Shown: positions 13,220 to 24,849 of the stretch, piece by piece
How the letters are laid out: each line of letters starts with the position of its first letter
How positions within the stretch are numbered: the first letter of the stretch is position 1
Assembly (NCBI RefSeq): GCF_009914755.1
Contig: NC_060926.1
Direction: 5' to 3' (one strand)
Source: the human T2T-CHM13v2.0 reference genome, Homo sapiens
Length of the DNA stretch: 64,000 nucleotides
Made by a program: the position numbers and the translations under genes
Notes under the pieces: generated by a model
The model's input: only the letters and a program-made list of their open reading frames with translations
Databases searched by the model: none
What the model was told of the DNA's origin: nothing

Positions 13220-13243
13220 CTGGCTGGATCCGTCTTCTGGTAA
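13220..13243 (-). CDS. TNS1: Tensin 1 24-nt microexon, VTRRRIQP
   Basis: Acceptor ttttttccttag|TT ACC AGA; donor CCA G|gtaggt; phase 1-1; peptide recalled from the canonical TNS1 protein. Confidence 0.92.
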
Positions 13244-14307
13244 CTAAGGAAAAAAGTAAAGTTGACCCCAATAGCCCCCACCCAGCCCTAAAACCAGAGT
13301 CCAGGGAGCAGCTTTCTGAGTTCAGTGGCCCCACATGGCCACCAAGGGCCCAGGGAGCCCTGTCTCCCTCCACCATAAGAAGGAGAGGAGCTGGGAAATG
13401 GGAGGAGGAGGTAGGAGGTGTGAACCTGGGGTGGTGTCTGCTCAGAGGAGCACCTTCTCCCAGACAGGCCCAGGGCCCTGCCCTCTACCGTGCCAACAGG
13501 ACAGGCTGTTTGACCCCAGGGAGGCCGAGCAGCCATCCTCCTTCCTTCCTCAGAGCTTGGGCTGCTCTCCTCAGCAGCAGAGTAAGATGCAGCCAGCATC
13601 GGGAGTAGGGATGGGGGATGAGCACAGGCCAGGGAGAGTCAGAAGCCCGGAGGTGGCAGGTCCTTTGACAGTCAGGAGAAGACCTGGGCTGAGGGCAAGG
13701 GGATCGAGGAAACGGCAGGCAATGATGGCCACTGCTAGTCATGGGTTTCTCTGGTAGGGTTCTCTGGGCCTGAAGAGGCAGACCTAGAGACCACTCTGAA
13801 TGCCAGGTGATGCCTCGTGGATGCCAGGTGAATGCCTGTGATGCTTCGTGGATGCTCAGAGCAGAGCCAGCTGGGCTGCCAGCAGAGGCCCTGGCACACA
13901 GCAGCAGGGGCATGCTTCTCTGACTCTGTGTGTGTGTGTGTACATGTGTGTGTACCCATGTGTGCATGTATGTGCGCCCATGTACGTGTACCCGAGGGCC
14001 TGAACACCTAGAATGTGTGGCTTCCAGCAGAGATCTCAACACCACCAAGGAAACTGAGACCAGGCCTCCAAAGCCTCAAGCTAGAGGAGGCTGGGAGTTG
14101 TGCAAACTCCACAAGTCAACAGACAGGAAGGCTGCAAGGAAATCTGTCACCCCCAACCCCTACACAGAGAGCCCCAACCCAGGCCTGACCTCAGTGTGGG
14201 CACAAAGCTGGCTGCTGACCAGATTCTGAGACCCGGGTTTCTGTCCAGAACCACAGGAGTCCTCCTCCCCCTGGCCCCCCTCCCCATCTTCCCTCTTCCC
14301 AACTCAC

Positions 14308-14400
14308 CTCCTGTGGGGTGCAACAGGATGTCCGCTGGGTTGTGAGGTTTCAGGCCCAGAGCAGACAGGGGTGTCTTGGCCAGACCCGGGGGGGACCGCA
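14308..14400 (-). CDS. TNS1: Tensin 1 coding exon (93 nt), [31 protein letters not shown]
   Basis: Acceptor cttcctggcacag|TG CGG; donor GGA G|gtgagt; phase 1-1; [14 protein letters not shown] is a conserved tensin motif. Confidence 0.96.
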
Positions 14401-14794
14401 CTGTGCCAGGAAGAAGAGGGGAGACACAGGGAGTGAGAGGTGGGCAGGAGGGCAGACACGCCAGGCACGTGAGGGCACGCTTAGTGAGGGCTGGGGGGCT
14501 GGAGACGGTGCCGAGGAACCACCCTGAGGCCCAGCGCTTTGGCTCCACTGCCCTTTCCCGCCTCCGTATTTCTCTACATTTGAACAGTTTAAAGGATAAA
14601 GGGAAAGACTCAGGAAATGGCAACCTTGCCCTGGCTCTGGCCCCAACCTTGAGAGAATCATTTCCACCCCTAGGCCCTTAGCTTCTCGCTGCAGTCCCTT
14701 TACTTTGCAATGGCTTATACCACACACGCAGGCTTTTGCAGCTGTCTCTGACCTTCTCTATAATACTCTCTCATCCCTCTTCCTACCCTCACCC

Positions 14795-14795
<1 letters not shown>

Positions 14796-14837
<42 letters not shown>

Positions 14838-14842
14838 ACACA
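14796..14842. repeat. (AC)n microsatellite
   Basis: About 18 perfect AC units plus an interrupted tail. Confidence 0.95.
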
Positions 14843-16512
14843 GTCCATTTAAAACATGTACTTGGATGGATTCAGAAGAGAACAGAAGAAAATTGGGCCT
14901 CAGGATGGCACACCCTGCAAAGGACAGAGACAGAAGGAGATAATGGGCCAGAGCCACGCCAACCCTGAGACCTCAGGCCAGCCCTCGGCCAAGCATGTCC
15001 CTTGAAAAGCCCAGGAGGAGAGAACTTCTCAATGTGGGGCTCTGTCCCCCCAAACCTCAGTGTCCTGGAAGGAGGAGAAGCCTATAGTCTGTGGCCAAGA
15101 GCACCCACTCCCTATGCGAAGCCTGGGCTCCTCCCAGGCCGCCCATCTGGGTTACAAGTGTCATGTAACACACAAGGTCAGAAAGGGCTGCTGGCTTTTT
15201 CCCATTAGCCAAGAACCTGGCCAGATTCAGAGCTGATCTGCAGGGTGGCTGTTATGCCCAGTCACGAGATACCTGGGTGGCAGCTGCCATGTCTCCTGAC
15301 ACAGCTCTGAGAAGAAGTTAAAAAATGAACTCTGTGTCTCCTATCAACGACATTGGGAGCCTGCAGAGACCACAGCCCCAAGGATACTCTGCCTGCCGAA
15401 TGGCCTCAACAGATTAGCTGTGGCCCTCAGATGCCCAGGAACCACCAGCAGCAAATGCTCCACGACCCTCCCTGCCCCTGCTGCTTTCCCCAAAAGACAG
15501 TCAGACCTACAGGAATCTTACAACAATGAAAAAATACACTCTCTCTCCATGCAAGCAACATACATAACTCGTTTGTGCAGGTGAACACCCACATGCACGT
15601 GGGAACAGGAAGATATCACAGGGGTCCGGATGAGTGGCACACCCCTGCCCTTCACCCTCACTCTGTCCTTGGATGTCCAAAGAACAAACACAGCATAGGG
15701 GACAAATGGGTACAAACATACACCTCCAGGTATGGGATAGCTCTAGGCCTCATGTCTCTGTCTATCCTCCCTCTGTCTTTACATAGACACACACACAAAC
15801 ACACACACACACACATAGACACACACAGATTCTGTTTCTACCACCGCCACACCCCCTCTTCCCTGTCATGGTGTCTTGCTCATAGACGCTTATCAAACAC
15901 TTATTAATGTTTGTCAAACCAATGGCGGTTGAATGAAATTAATTACGAAATAATATGCCTGGCCTCAGAGACGGTCATTCATGGAATAACCACGAAGCAG
16001 CCCCAGCCCACAGGTACGCGCATGTTTAACCAACTGGTGCAGCGGAGGCGCAGGTGGGCCCGTGAGGAGGTGAAGCGGACGAGAGGACCAGACAGGGCAG
16101 GAGCTCTCTCTTGGTTCCTCCCTTGTTCACCTCCAGCTCCTGAATTCCTCGTTCCCCCAGTTCCTGGGCAATTGGGCCCTTCTGCTGAGGCAGATGAGTG
16201 GGCGACGCTAAAGCCAGGCAAGTCTTTTGCTTCCTGAGAGAAAAATTCCACACGTTTCTCCACCTTCTGTCTTCTCTCCCTAACCCTGTGTGTCTATGGA
16301 ACCTCTGACTTCTCACCGAGGTACCCATGGCTGGCCAAGAGGAGGGAGAGAAGAAGGCAAAACCCAGTTCTAGCACAGCCCAGGTGGCTTCCACCCAAGG
16401 CAAGGTGATGTCCTTTCCCTGGCCATTTACAGCTAACAGTGAATGGAAGCAGATGTCACCATGGAAAGTGAGAGAGGTTCCCCGCAGTCACAAGAGGCTG
16501 CAGAGCTGGCTC

Positions 16513-16956
16513 TCACGTAACCTGCTCTAGGCTCACCCTGTCCAGCACAGCAGTCACGAGCCACACATGGCCGCAGAGCCGTTGCAGGGTGACCAGTGTG
16601 AACAGAGACATGCCATAAGTGTGAAACACACACAGGGTTTTAAAGTATGAAAAAGAACACAAAACATCCCGTTCTTTTTTACATTGATTATACGTTGAAA
16701 TGCTAATATTTTAGACTGGGGTTAAATAAAACATATTAAAATGAATTTCACCAGTTTCCTCTTAAATTTTATAAGAGATTGTAAAATAGCTCAATATTTT
16801 TATTGACTTATTTGCCTATTGAAAGGATATTTTGGATTTAACAAAAATGTTATTAAAATTAATGTAACCAGTTTCCTGTTATGCTTTTTAATGTGACTAC
16901 TAGAGAATTTTAAATTATAAATGTGCTCATAGTATATTTCCATTGGACAGTACTGC
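16513..16956. mobile_element. MER33-like hAT-Charlie element with internal AT-rich duplication
   Basis: ttgattatacgttgaaatgctaatatttt...ttaatgtgactactagagaattttaaattata...atatttccattggacagtactg. Confidence 0.7.
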
Positions 16957-17951
16957 TCAAGGGAGAGCCACGGCTTCCTGGGGCCACCAATCAGTCACAG
17001 CTTCAGCCTCCTCATGCCCAAGATGGCAGCCAACACAAGTTCTGTTGGCACAGGGGCCACGTACATTGCCACATTCCTCTCCAGTACAGGACAGCCAGCC
17101 CCTAGGGGAATGCACAGCCAGCTCCAGTTCTCCCTCCTCTCACCAGGGCCAGTGGATAGCTTGAGCCAGGCCCAGCCAACCTGATCCCTGAACAGCACCA
17201 GTGTCTCCTTTTTGTGCTGACCCAGGCCTCTCCTGAGTACACTGAGTCCCTCGCGGCCTGGTATTAATCCATCACTTCCTTCCCCACAACCACCTCCTCC
17301 AGTTCCTCTTCATGTCTCTTCTTCTATAAAAAGGAACACTGCCCCATGCCTTGGCTCATTTGGGTCTTGGCCTTAGGTGGATGTGTCTCTGTCCTTTGGG
17401 GATCTGCCTCCCCAGTAAGTGTATAGGGGCTGGGGGCTAAATGCCTCTGCCTGGAGGCCAAGGATGGATGAGCTGGGGGCTCTGTCAGCCTGAGGGTCCT
17501 GGGTCCCTCTCTCCTTGGTAGAAGCTAAATAGGTTGCCTGGAATGGAAGAGGTGTCTGGATGCAGGCAGAAATGGAGGTCAGAAACAAAGTCAAAGTCAA
17601 GTCACAAAGAGTCACGCTAAGATGGTAGGGTCTTTTGAGTGTAGACGGTAAAAAGACTCAAAACAAGTAAGAAAACTCCATAATGTGGGAGCCCAGAGTC
17701 CCATGGTCACTCAGTCTGGACCCTAAAACTGGGGCGGCTGCACCCTTAGATGTGTGAGTGTGGACGACGGAGAAGACAATGGCCACAAGCAATGGAAGAG
17801 AAGGGGCCATGGGAGTGAGGAGCAGCACGTTCTGGCCCCACCTGGGGCACTGTCACCCCCAACCCTCAGGCCTGGGGCACTCCCACAGGCAGGGTTGAGC
17901 TGAGGGGCTGGAGGGTACACAGGGAAGACGAGCTTCACAGGGAATTCTTAC

Positions 17952-18027
17952 CCCCACTGGGTGGTGGGCTGCTCGGGGAGGTTCCCTCCATCTCCTCGAA
18001 GGCCTCCTTGTAGCTGTGCAAATGGGG
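17952..18027 (-). CDS. TNS1: Tensin 1 coding exon (76 nt), [25 protein letters not shown]
   Basis: Acceptor ttctcccacag|CCC CAT; donor GGG G|gtaaga; phase 0-1. Confidence 0.96.
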
Positions 18028-18259
18028 CTGTGGGAGAACACAGGGGAGAAAAAGAGGGAAACCATGAGAAGGAGAGATTTCCCCTTCAGATGACCTGAGG
18101 TATGAGGACAGTGAGTTAACCAGCCCCCACATCCCCTCGTCAGCCTGGCTCCTCACTGGTGCTCAGGGCAGGAGACAGGTCCTGCCACAGGCAGGAGAGA
18201 AAAGATATCCACAAGCCACTTCTATCCAGAATGACTCATTAGCCTGGCTTTTATAGGCC

Positions 18260-18452
18260 AGTACACTCGCTCCCTCAATGTGGCCCATGGACCACCTACA
18301 TCTGAATCTTCCAGGGCACACATTTAAAATGCAGATTCCTGGGTCCCATCCAGATCTACTACCCTGAAATCTCTGGAGGTGGATTTGGGAAGCTACAGTT
18401 TTAACAAGCTCCCCATTGGTTGTTACTCATGATGAAGTTTGAGACTCACTGC
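18260..18452. mobile_element. MER5-family hAT-Charlie element
   Basis: aaaatgcagattcctgggtccca...ttttaacaagctcccca...aagtttgagactcactg; related copies near 36840-37020 and 43745-43930. Confidence 0.75.
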
Positions 18453-18875
18453 CTCCAACTACTGAAATGTCTTAGAAATGCAAATCTTTTGGAATGAAAA
18501 TTAAATCTCCTGAGAAAAACCTTATATCTGCAAAGGGCTCAAAAATAATTTTGCCACTCTCCAGGATCTAGTTTGGAGTTTTGAAATTGTGTTCACCTAT
18601 ATCATCCCCAGGATTCTTACCACCTTATTAAGGCACTCTCTCTAGGAATCAAAAAGGAAACTTCAATCTCAATATTAATGCAAGAAGTGGGAACATAGAG
18701 CTATTTAATGGGCCCCAGACTCCACATGTCAGAGAAGAGAGTTTGGGTGAGGACGTAGGGGGAGACAAATCACTGAGTATACTGATATCAGTGCCAAGTT
18801 GACCATCAGGTTTCTGGAGATTTAAAGTGGGCACCACTACCCTCCATAGCCCCAAGATACAGCTTAAGGACTCAC

Positions 18876-19072
18876 CTCTTTGGGCCGCCCTCCAGGATTG
18901 AGAGCGATGGTAAGAGCCAGCTCCGGGGAGACACACTGGACAGGGGAGCGAACCCCAGGGCTACGAGGGGATGTGGCTTCTGGAGACTGGTTCTCATACT
19001 GTCCATCACTGGCCGCCCGCCTCCGCAGAGGGGCTGGGGGCTCTGCAGGCTGCTTCTCCCGAGCCTGTACCC
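18876..19072 (-). CDS. TNS1: Tensin 1 coding exon (197 nt), GVQAREKQ...NPGGRPKE
   Basis: Acceptor tttcctcccag|GG GTA CAG; donor AAA GAG|gtgagt; phase 1-0. Confidence 0.96.
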
Positions 19073-22000
19073 CTGGGAGGAAAGCAGGGTGTAGAGGACA
19101 ATGAGCATTTTTGTGTAAGAAATGATCAATCGGCCTAATCCCATCAGAGAAGGCAGTGCCTCCTAGCTCAGAGGCCATGCTGGGGCTCGCCTGTCATCCC
19201 CCATTGTCTTCCCCTCAGCCCTCCTGGGTCCAACTCTGTTCACACCCCAGGTTTTCTCTGCAGGAGAGGGGATCTGCTTAGATTGGCTCAGACTTCACCA
19301 GGAATCTCTCCACACAGAGCTGAGACCAAGAACACAAAGGACTGATACAAGAAACAGATGTCAACTACTTCCAACCCCTGGAGGCGGAGGGCCAGAGCTT
19401 CCAGACAAGGGAGGGGAGGTGGAGGGAAAAGACAGTCTCCAAGGCAACTGCATCAACCAACCAGCAACATCAAGCCTGTGGGGAAGAACTCTTGGAAAGG
19501 GCTAAATTGCATCATCTTGCAAATGGTGCTCCCAAGGAGAAACAAAGACATGACTAAGCCTTGTTACGAAGTCCCCAGCCCCAGTTGGCCTCTGGGATAT
19601 TTTTGGCTTTCTCTGGGGTTCCCCAACTTCATCCGGTGTACCGCTGAACCTCTTACCAACTCCCCTTATACTGGCCTCTTAGCTCCCCGCCCCCTTTTCC
19701 CTGCCCCAAAGATAGCGGCGGATCCCACCATGTCCCTCCCAGCTGAAGAGCAGACAGAGAGAAGTCGTGTGCTCCATCTGCTTTTCTGTACTTCCCATCC
19801 CAATCCCATTCCACAGGCCTGGGGATGCTGTTAATCTCACCCTCCTTCCTTCCCACTCCCTCTTCCCACAGCTGGGCTGAGGCACGGAATCCATTGCCTC
19901 ATTGAGCTGGCTCCCAGAATCCTAGAAAACTCACTTCCTGGGTCCCAGAGGCCAAGACCCAGCCTGAAGCGTGGGCTTCTGGTCTTGACTCTCTTCTGGG
20001 AAGAGATTCCCCGCCCTGCTTTCACCACCACTAGGACTTAACAAAGGCCTCAGGTCACATGGGTCAGCGTGTGTGCACACACACTGCACACACACTGCCA
20101 GCCCCTAGGAATGTGCCAGTACAGCCAAGCAGAAATCACCCTCATTCAGACAGAAACATCTTCTGCCATCCACAGTGAGGACTGCATGTCCCCAGCCACG
20201 CCCCCCAGCACCCCCAGTCTGGCACAGCCACAAAGGCTGCCATAAACAGCGCCACCTGGGAAGCCTTCCTACTTGTCATGAACAGCAGGCTGCCGGCTGC
20301 CAAGCCTACGGGCAGACACACACTTACACTCACATAGGCACAGCCACTCTGAGACACGCCCTCATACTCTCCCATAATCAGGGGCTCCCATAATCGGGGG
20401 TGGGGGGCGCATCAGGAGAGCAGCAGGACTGGCATTTGCACATTAAATGCAGAAGGTACCGAGTGGTGCCCTGAGTCTCCGCTTTGGGCTTTTTATTAAT
20501 CAGGGGCAGCCCTGCTGCCATCTCAGCTAAGAAAATAGCGCCCAGGATGGGGACAGTAAACTAGACTCTGACCTCACTCTGCCACTTACAAACTGTTCCA
20601 CTTAAAGCAAACAAGCCCCACACCTTGAAGAGCCCTTATTCGCAGAACAGAAAAATAGGAGTCCCATTAGACCCAGCCAGGGGCTGCCAGGAGCATCTAC
20701 CTGAAGGAAAGAAGGGCGTGGTTTTGGGAAGGGTGGGCAGCTTGCTGCAACCCTGCAGCAACCCCAGGCTCCCAGGCCTTAGCTCCCCGGAGCCCCCATC
20801 CCACTCAGGTCTCCTGGGCAGCTTGGACCAACACTGCCACTGATTTCATTCCTGGCAAAAACATTAGAGAGAAACAGACATAGCCATTGATTTTCTAACA
20901 ATAATTGTGACAGAAGAAGCCCATTTGGGAGACGCTCTTGGGGTTTGGAACTCAGTTCAGCCCCAAGGTTAAAATAAATGCATTAGGGCTGGTCTCAGTT
21001 CCGGGCTCCTCTGCCCCCAGCAGCTCTTTCTGGCAGATCCCTCTGCCTTTTCAAGGGGTGGCCAGTTTCCCTGCTTGGGGATCTGACGTTTGCCATTAAA
21101 AAATAGATCTGTTTGCATTTGAGGCACCGAATCTCCTGGACAAACAAAGAACATTCTGCCCAACCTTCCCAAAGCTTTCTCCATGTTCAGGGGCCACAGA
21201 TGCCTGCAGCAGCTTGGGGTGCAGGGGGCACCTGACATCCGTAGAGAATGTGAGATCCTGGCATGAGGCAGTCAGCCATCTGAGGGTGAGCTGCACCTTC
21301 CCAATCCTCTCTCCATCACCACCAGAATGGCACGTGGGAGCATGTTCTGACCAGAGGCAGGGAAATGGAGGGAATGACCTCCAAAGAGCTAAGGAGCTGC
21401 AGGGCAGTGCCTCCCTCTGCGGAAGGGTAAGACCCTGCATTCCACTCCCACGGGGCCAGCCCCTCCCCTGCAGAGCACCAATGGCCCCATGGCACCAATG
21501 GCCAGTCAGGGCCACTCACATTCTTTGAACACAGTGTCCCACTGTTGTCCCCCTTGGCAAGCCCAGATCCGCCTGGAGTGCCTGGAGAGACATGTTCCCT
21601 CTCTCTTGTCTTGCTCTATGGGAGGGGAGACTGGCGTGGCAGAGGGGAGAGAAGAGAGCCCCATTGTTCCTTAGCCAAGCTAGGGTGTCTGGACACAAGC
21701 TGACAACCAGTGTCATGGAGAGAACACCCTCTCTCACGTCCCAGAGTCTGACTGATAATAAAAATAGGCCTGCTCTCCCCACCTCCCTCCCTCCCGCCAC
21801 CACCCTCCACCCCAGGACTTTCTCAGTCTTTGGCCCCATTCTCTCTCTCAGGGCCTCTGTCTCCTACACCCACCTAGGCAGAGGCAGGTGCCTTGCACAG
21901 ACACACATGTGCATGCTTGCATGTACATACACACACACACACACACACAGCCTAACAGAAATGGCAGCAGGACACTGGGATGATGGGGGTACATAGTGGG

Positions 22001-23794
22001 GCCACTGGGTCACCCTCAGAACCTCTAGGGCCAGCCCCTACCCCAGCAGGAGGCCGTGTGGCCAGAGGAAGAAAGGAAGAGAAGCTCCCAGGAGGCTGAG
22101 AAGGCTGGGGTACCCTTATGACAACAAAGTATCTTTAGGACCCTAACACCCTATGTTCAAGGAGCCCTGGGCGTTCTCTAAGGGCTGCTTCATACACGGG
22201 CATCAGGCCTTCCCCACAGCCCTGCCAGGATGAGCAGTTACCCCAGCCCCAGGGTTCCACACAGGCCCCCAGACCTGAGGAGCAGGGCACCAGAGCAGCC
22301 CCCTTCCCAGGGAGGCGTCACTCTTCTGCCAGGACAGTGCTGTGCTGGACAACAGCTCACTCCAAGGCTCCCCTAGCGTGAGCCAGACTGGAGGCAATTA
22401 ATCCCCTTCATCTGACACACACACGCACACACACTCACACGCACACTCGCACACCCTGCAATTCTGGGAGCTGTAGCCCTGACACAGACCGATACATGTA
22501 CTTTGGCAAAGCACTGCTGCCCACCACCCCTGGATCACGTGACGAGTACCCTGGTGTCAGGCTTCATGATGTGCCTCCTCTGCACCCCCCAGACCGGCCA
22601 CTGCCACCCTCACAGCCCCAGCTCTTCTTTCCAGTCTTCCGATTTCCAAAAGACTGGATTCCTCAGGTCCAGGTAGCAGGGCTGGGTGTCCGACAGCATG
22701 CCTGGGGCTCCAGAAGCGAGGGGATCCGGGAGGCCACCTGCTGGGCCAGGGTGCCAGAAAGCCACACGGCGATCACACTAGCAGCCCTAGGGCAAGCCAT
22801 GCCAGCTCCCCTTAAGGCAGGCCCACCATCCCAGAACCTGCCCCTACCCAGGCCCAGCTGAACACTACACTCCCCACCACTGGGCTGAGAGAAGGGCAGA
22901 GGAAGAAGAAAGGAGGGAGGGGCGGTTGAAGGGAGCAGTCTGCTAGAGCCATCTCCTGATCATCCCTGGACTGGGAGAAGAAGGGACCATGGAGGCACCA
23001 GATAACTGACATTGGGAATCAACAGTTCCCATTGCCCCTAGGCCTTTTCCTGGAGCTGCTCAGGGGCATGGTGTAGGGCAGGCCTGAGCATGGCATCTTC
23101 CCTGACCCAGCCTCCAGTGTCAGAGGAGCAGGGGAAGGAAGAGGTGATTCCCTGGCCAGGGCTCAACGCCTAAGGGCCTGCGTGTCCCAGAGGCCAGGGG
23201 TAGATGTTAGTGGACGGCATCATTCTCAAATGAATTACTGTGACCCCAGTGAAGCATCCACAAGGTCCAGGGCATGTCAAACCACCGTGCAAAATACACA
23301 ACAGGACAGGACTATCATCTGTCCACTTCTCAGACTGGGAAATTGAGCTCTAAACAGTTAAGAAACTTGCCCAAGGTCACAGAGGTGGTCTCAGGCAGGG
23401 CCAGGACCCCAACCCAGGGCTTCTGACTCTTGGCCATGGGATCAGAGATTAGGAGTGGGACCAGAGGGGGTACGCTGTCCCCAGGGTGTGCCATGCTCTA
23501 GAGTGGACAGAGCAGCAGGGGCTGGGGCACCACTCTGTGTTGTGTCTGGTGGCCCCATGCAAAGCTCAGCCTGGCTCCTGCCGAGACCTAGCCCTGCAGC
23601 CCAGGCAGTCTGGCCAGGGTGGCCGGAGTGCTGGACTGTCCAGAGCCCTCCTGAGCACCCTCATTGCAAAGGCCTGCATCTCCTCAGGGGACCCTGAATG
23701 TTAGTCTAGTTATTCCAGGCATTGTTCCCAGCAGGCAAGGCCAAGGCTAGCATGAGGCCCATGTTCATGCAGAAGTGAGCTCTGGCTCATGCAG

Positions 23795-24060
23795 ACAGGA
23801 GGGAGAGAGGGCTGGAGAGAGGAGGGATGGAGAAGTAAGTGAGGAGACAGAAGAGAGGATAGTGAGAAATGGGGAAGGAGAAGGAGAAACAGATGGAAAC
23901 CAGAGAACAACAGAAGAGGGAGAGGAAAAGACAGAGGAGAGAAGGAAGAAGGTGGGAAAGATTTGGAAGGAATAGCACATGAAGAAGGAGTGAAAAGAAA
24001 CTGATGCTCAAAAGTGGGCCAAAGAGCTGGAAAGGGAGAAGGGGGAAGGAGAGCCACCCA
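23795..24060. repeat. Long purine-rich (GA) low-complexity tract; CU-rich on the pre-mRNA
   Basis: ~260 bp dominated by G/A on the plus strand. Confidence 0.8.
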
Positions 24061-24061
24061 C

Positions 24062-24148
24062 CAGAGAGGGAGGAAGATTGGAGCCGGTGGAGAGGAGGGG
24101 GCGGGAAGCTGCCACTGTGTCCGATGCCCTGCAGCCTGGCGTTGTACG
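24062..24148 (-). CDS. TNS1: Candidate alternative TNS1 cassette exon (87 nt), AYNARLQGIGHSGSFPPPPLHRLQSSSLS
   Basis: Acceptor gggcag|CG TAC AAC; donor TCT G|gtgggt; phase 1-1, stop-free in the TNS1 frame; retains CpGs; preceded by a ~194-nt AG-free zone. Confidence 0.75.
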
Positions 24149-24289
24149 CTGCCCACCCCCCACCCCAGGGGAGCCAGCAGGGAGTGGGAGGCAGGAAGGA
24201 AGGGAGGATATGGGGCAAGGCAGGCACCCCACCAACAGCACAGGGAACAGATGGACATGGGAAACACAGAGAGTGCAGGGGACGGGGCA

Positions 24290-24338
24290 TTAAACAGGAC
24301 AAAACACAACAAAAACAAAGAGAAAATCAAGATTAGTT
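24290..24338 (-). promoter_or_regulatory. Distant branch point (ACUAAU) and polypyrimidine tract for the 87-nt exon
   Basis: Minus strand CCAACTAATCTTGATTTTCTCTTTGTTTTTGTTGTGTTTTGTCCTGTTT; no AG between here and the acceptor at 24149-24150. Confidence 0.7.
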
Positions 24339-24849
24339 GGTGTTCTGACTCTGGTATCTGGGCACACACTGGAGGGAGGTGGGGAAGGTATCAGACAGGA
24401 AGAGAGGGGGATCCAAGGTCCTGCTTCTCCAAGAGGCAGATGGACCTCCTGCTGGCCAGCACCACAGCGTTTCCCTCTCTTCTAACCCCAGGGTGGAAGC
24501 AGAGGTGCCATCGTGGGACCAGGAGAATTCACGCATCCCTCACCTGCTCCCATAGGCAGCAGGCCTGTCCCTGGACCACCCATCTTTTCCTGGGCACCTG
24601 CCTCTCCCTGGACCCAGGTAACACACCCAGCCTGAGCCCAAGGGTCACCCTCTCTCACACCCTGGCTCCTTACCACAGCCATCTGAGTGATCCTCTTTCC
24701 TGGGGAACCCCTTGTGCTTTTCTGCTCTGGCCCCCAGCTTCTGGTCATCACCAGAAAAGTCCTTAAGATGAACCTTCTCAGATGCACTAGAAGGACCTGC
24801 TATGTTATCCTTTCCTTGCCCCTTGTTGACTTCTAACCCACCTTCACAC

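Noticed and set aside
15548-15700. Two UGCAUG motifs and a possible small exon
   Set aside because: Only a weak AAG acceptor and no convincing donor.
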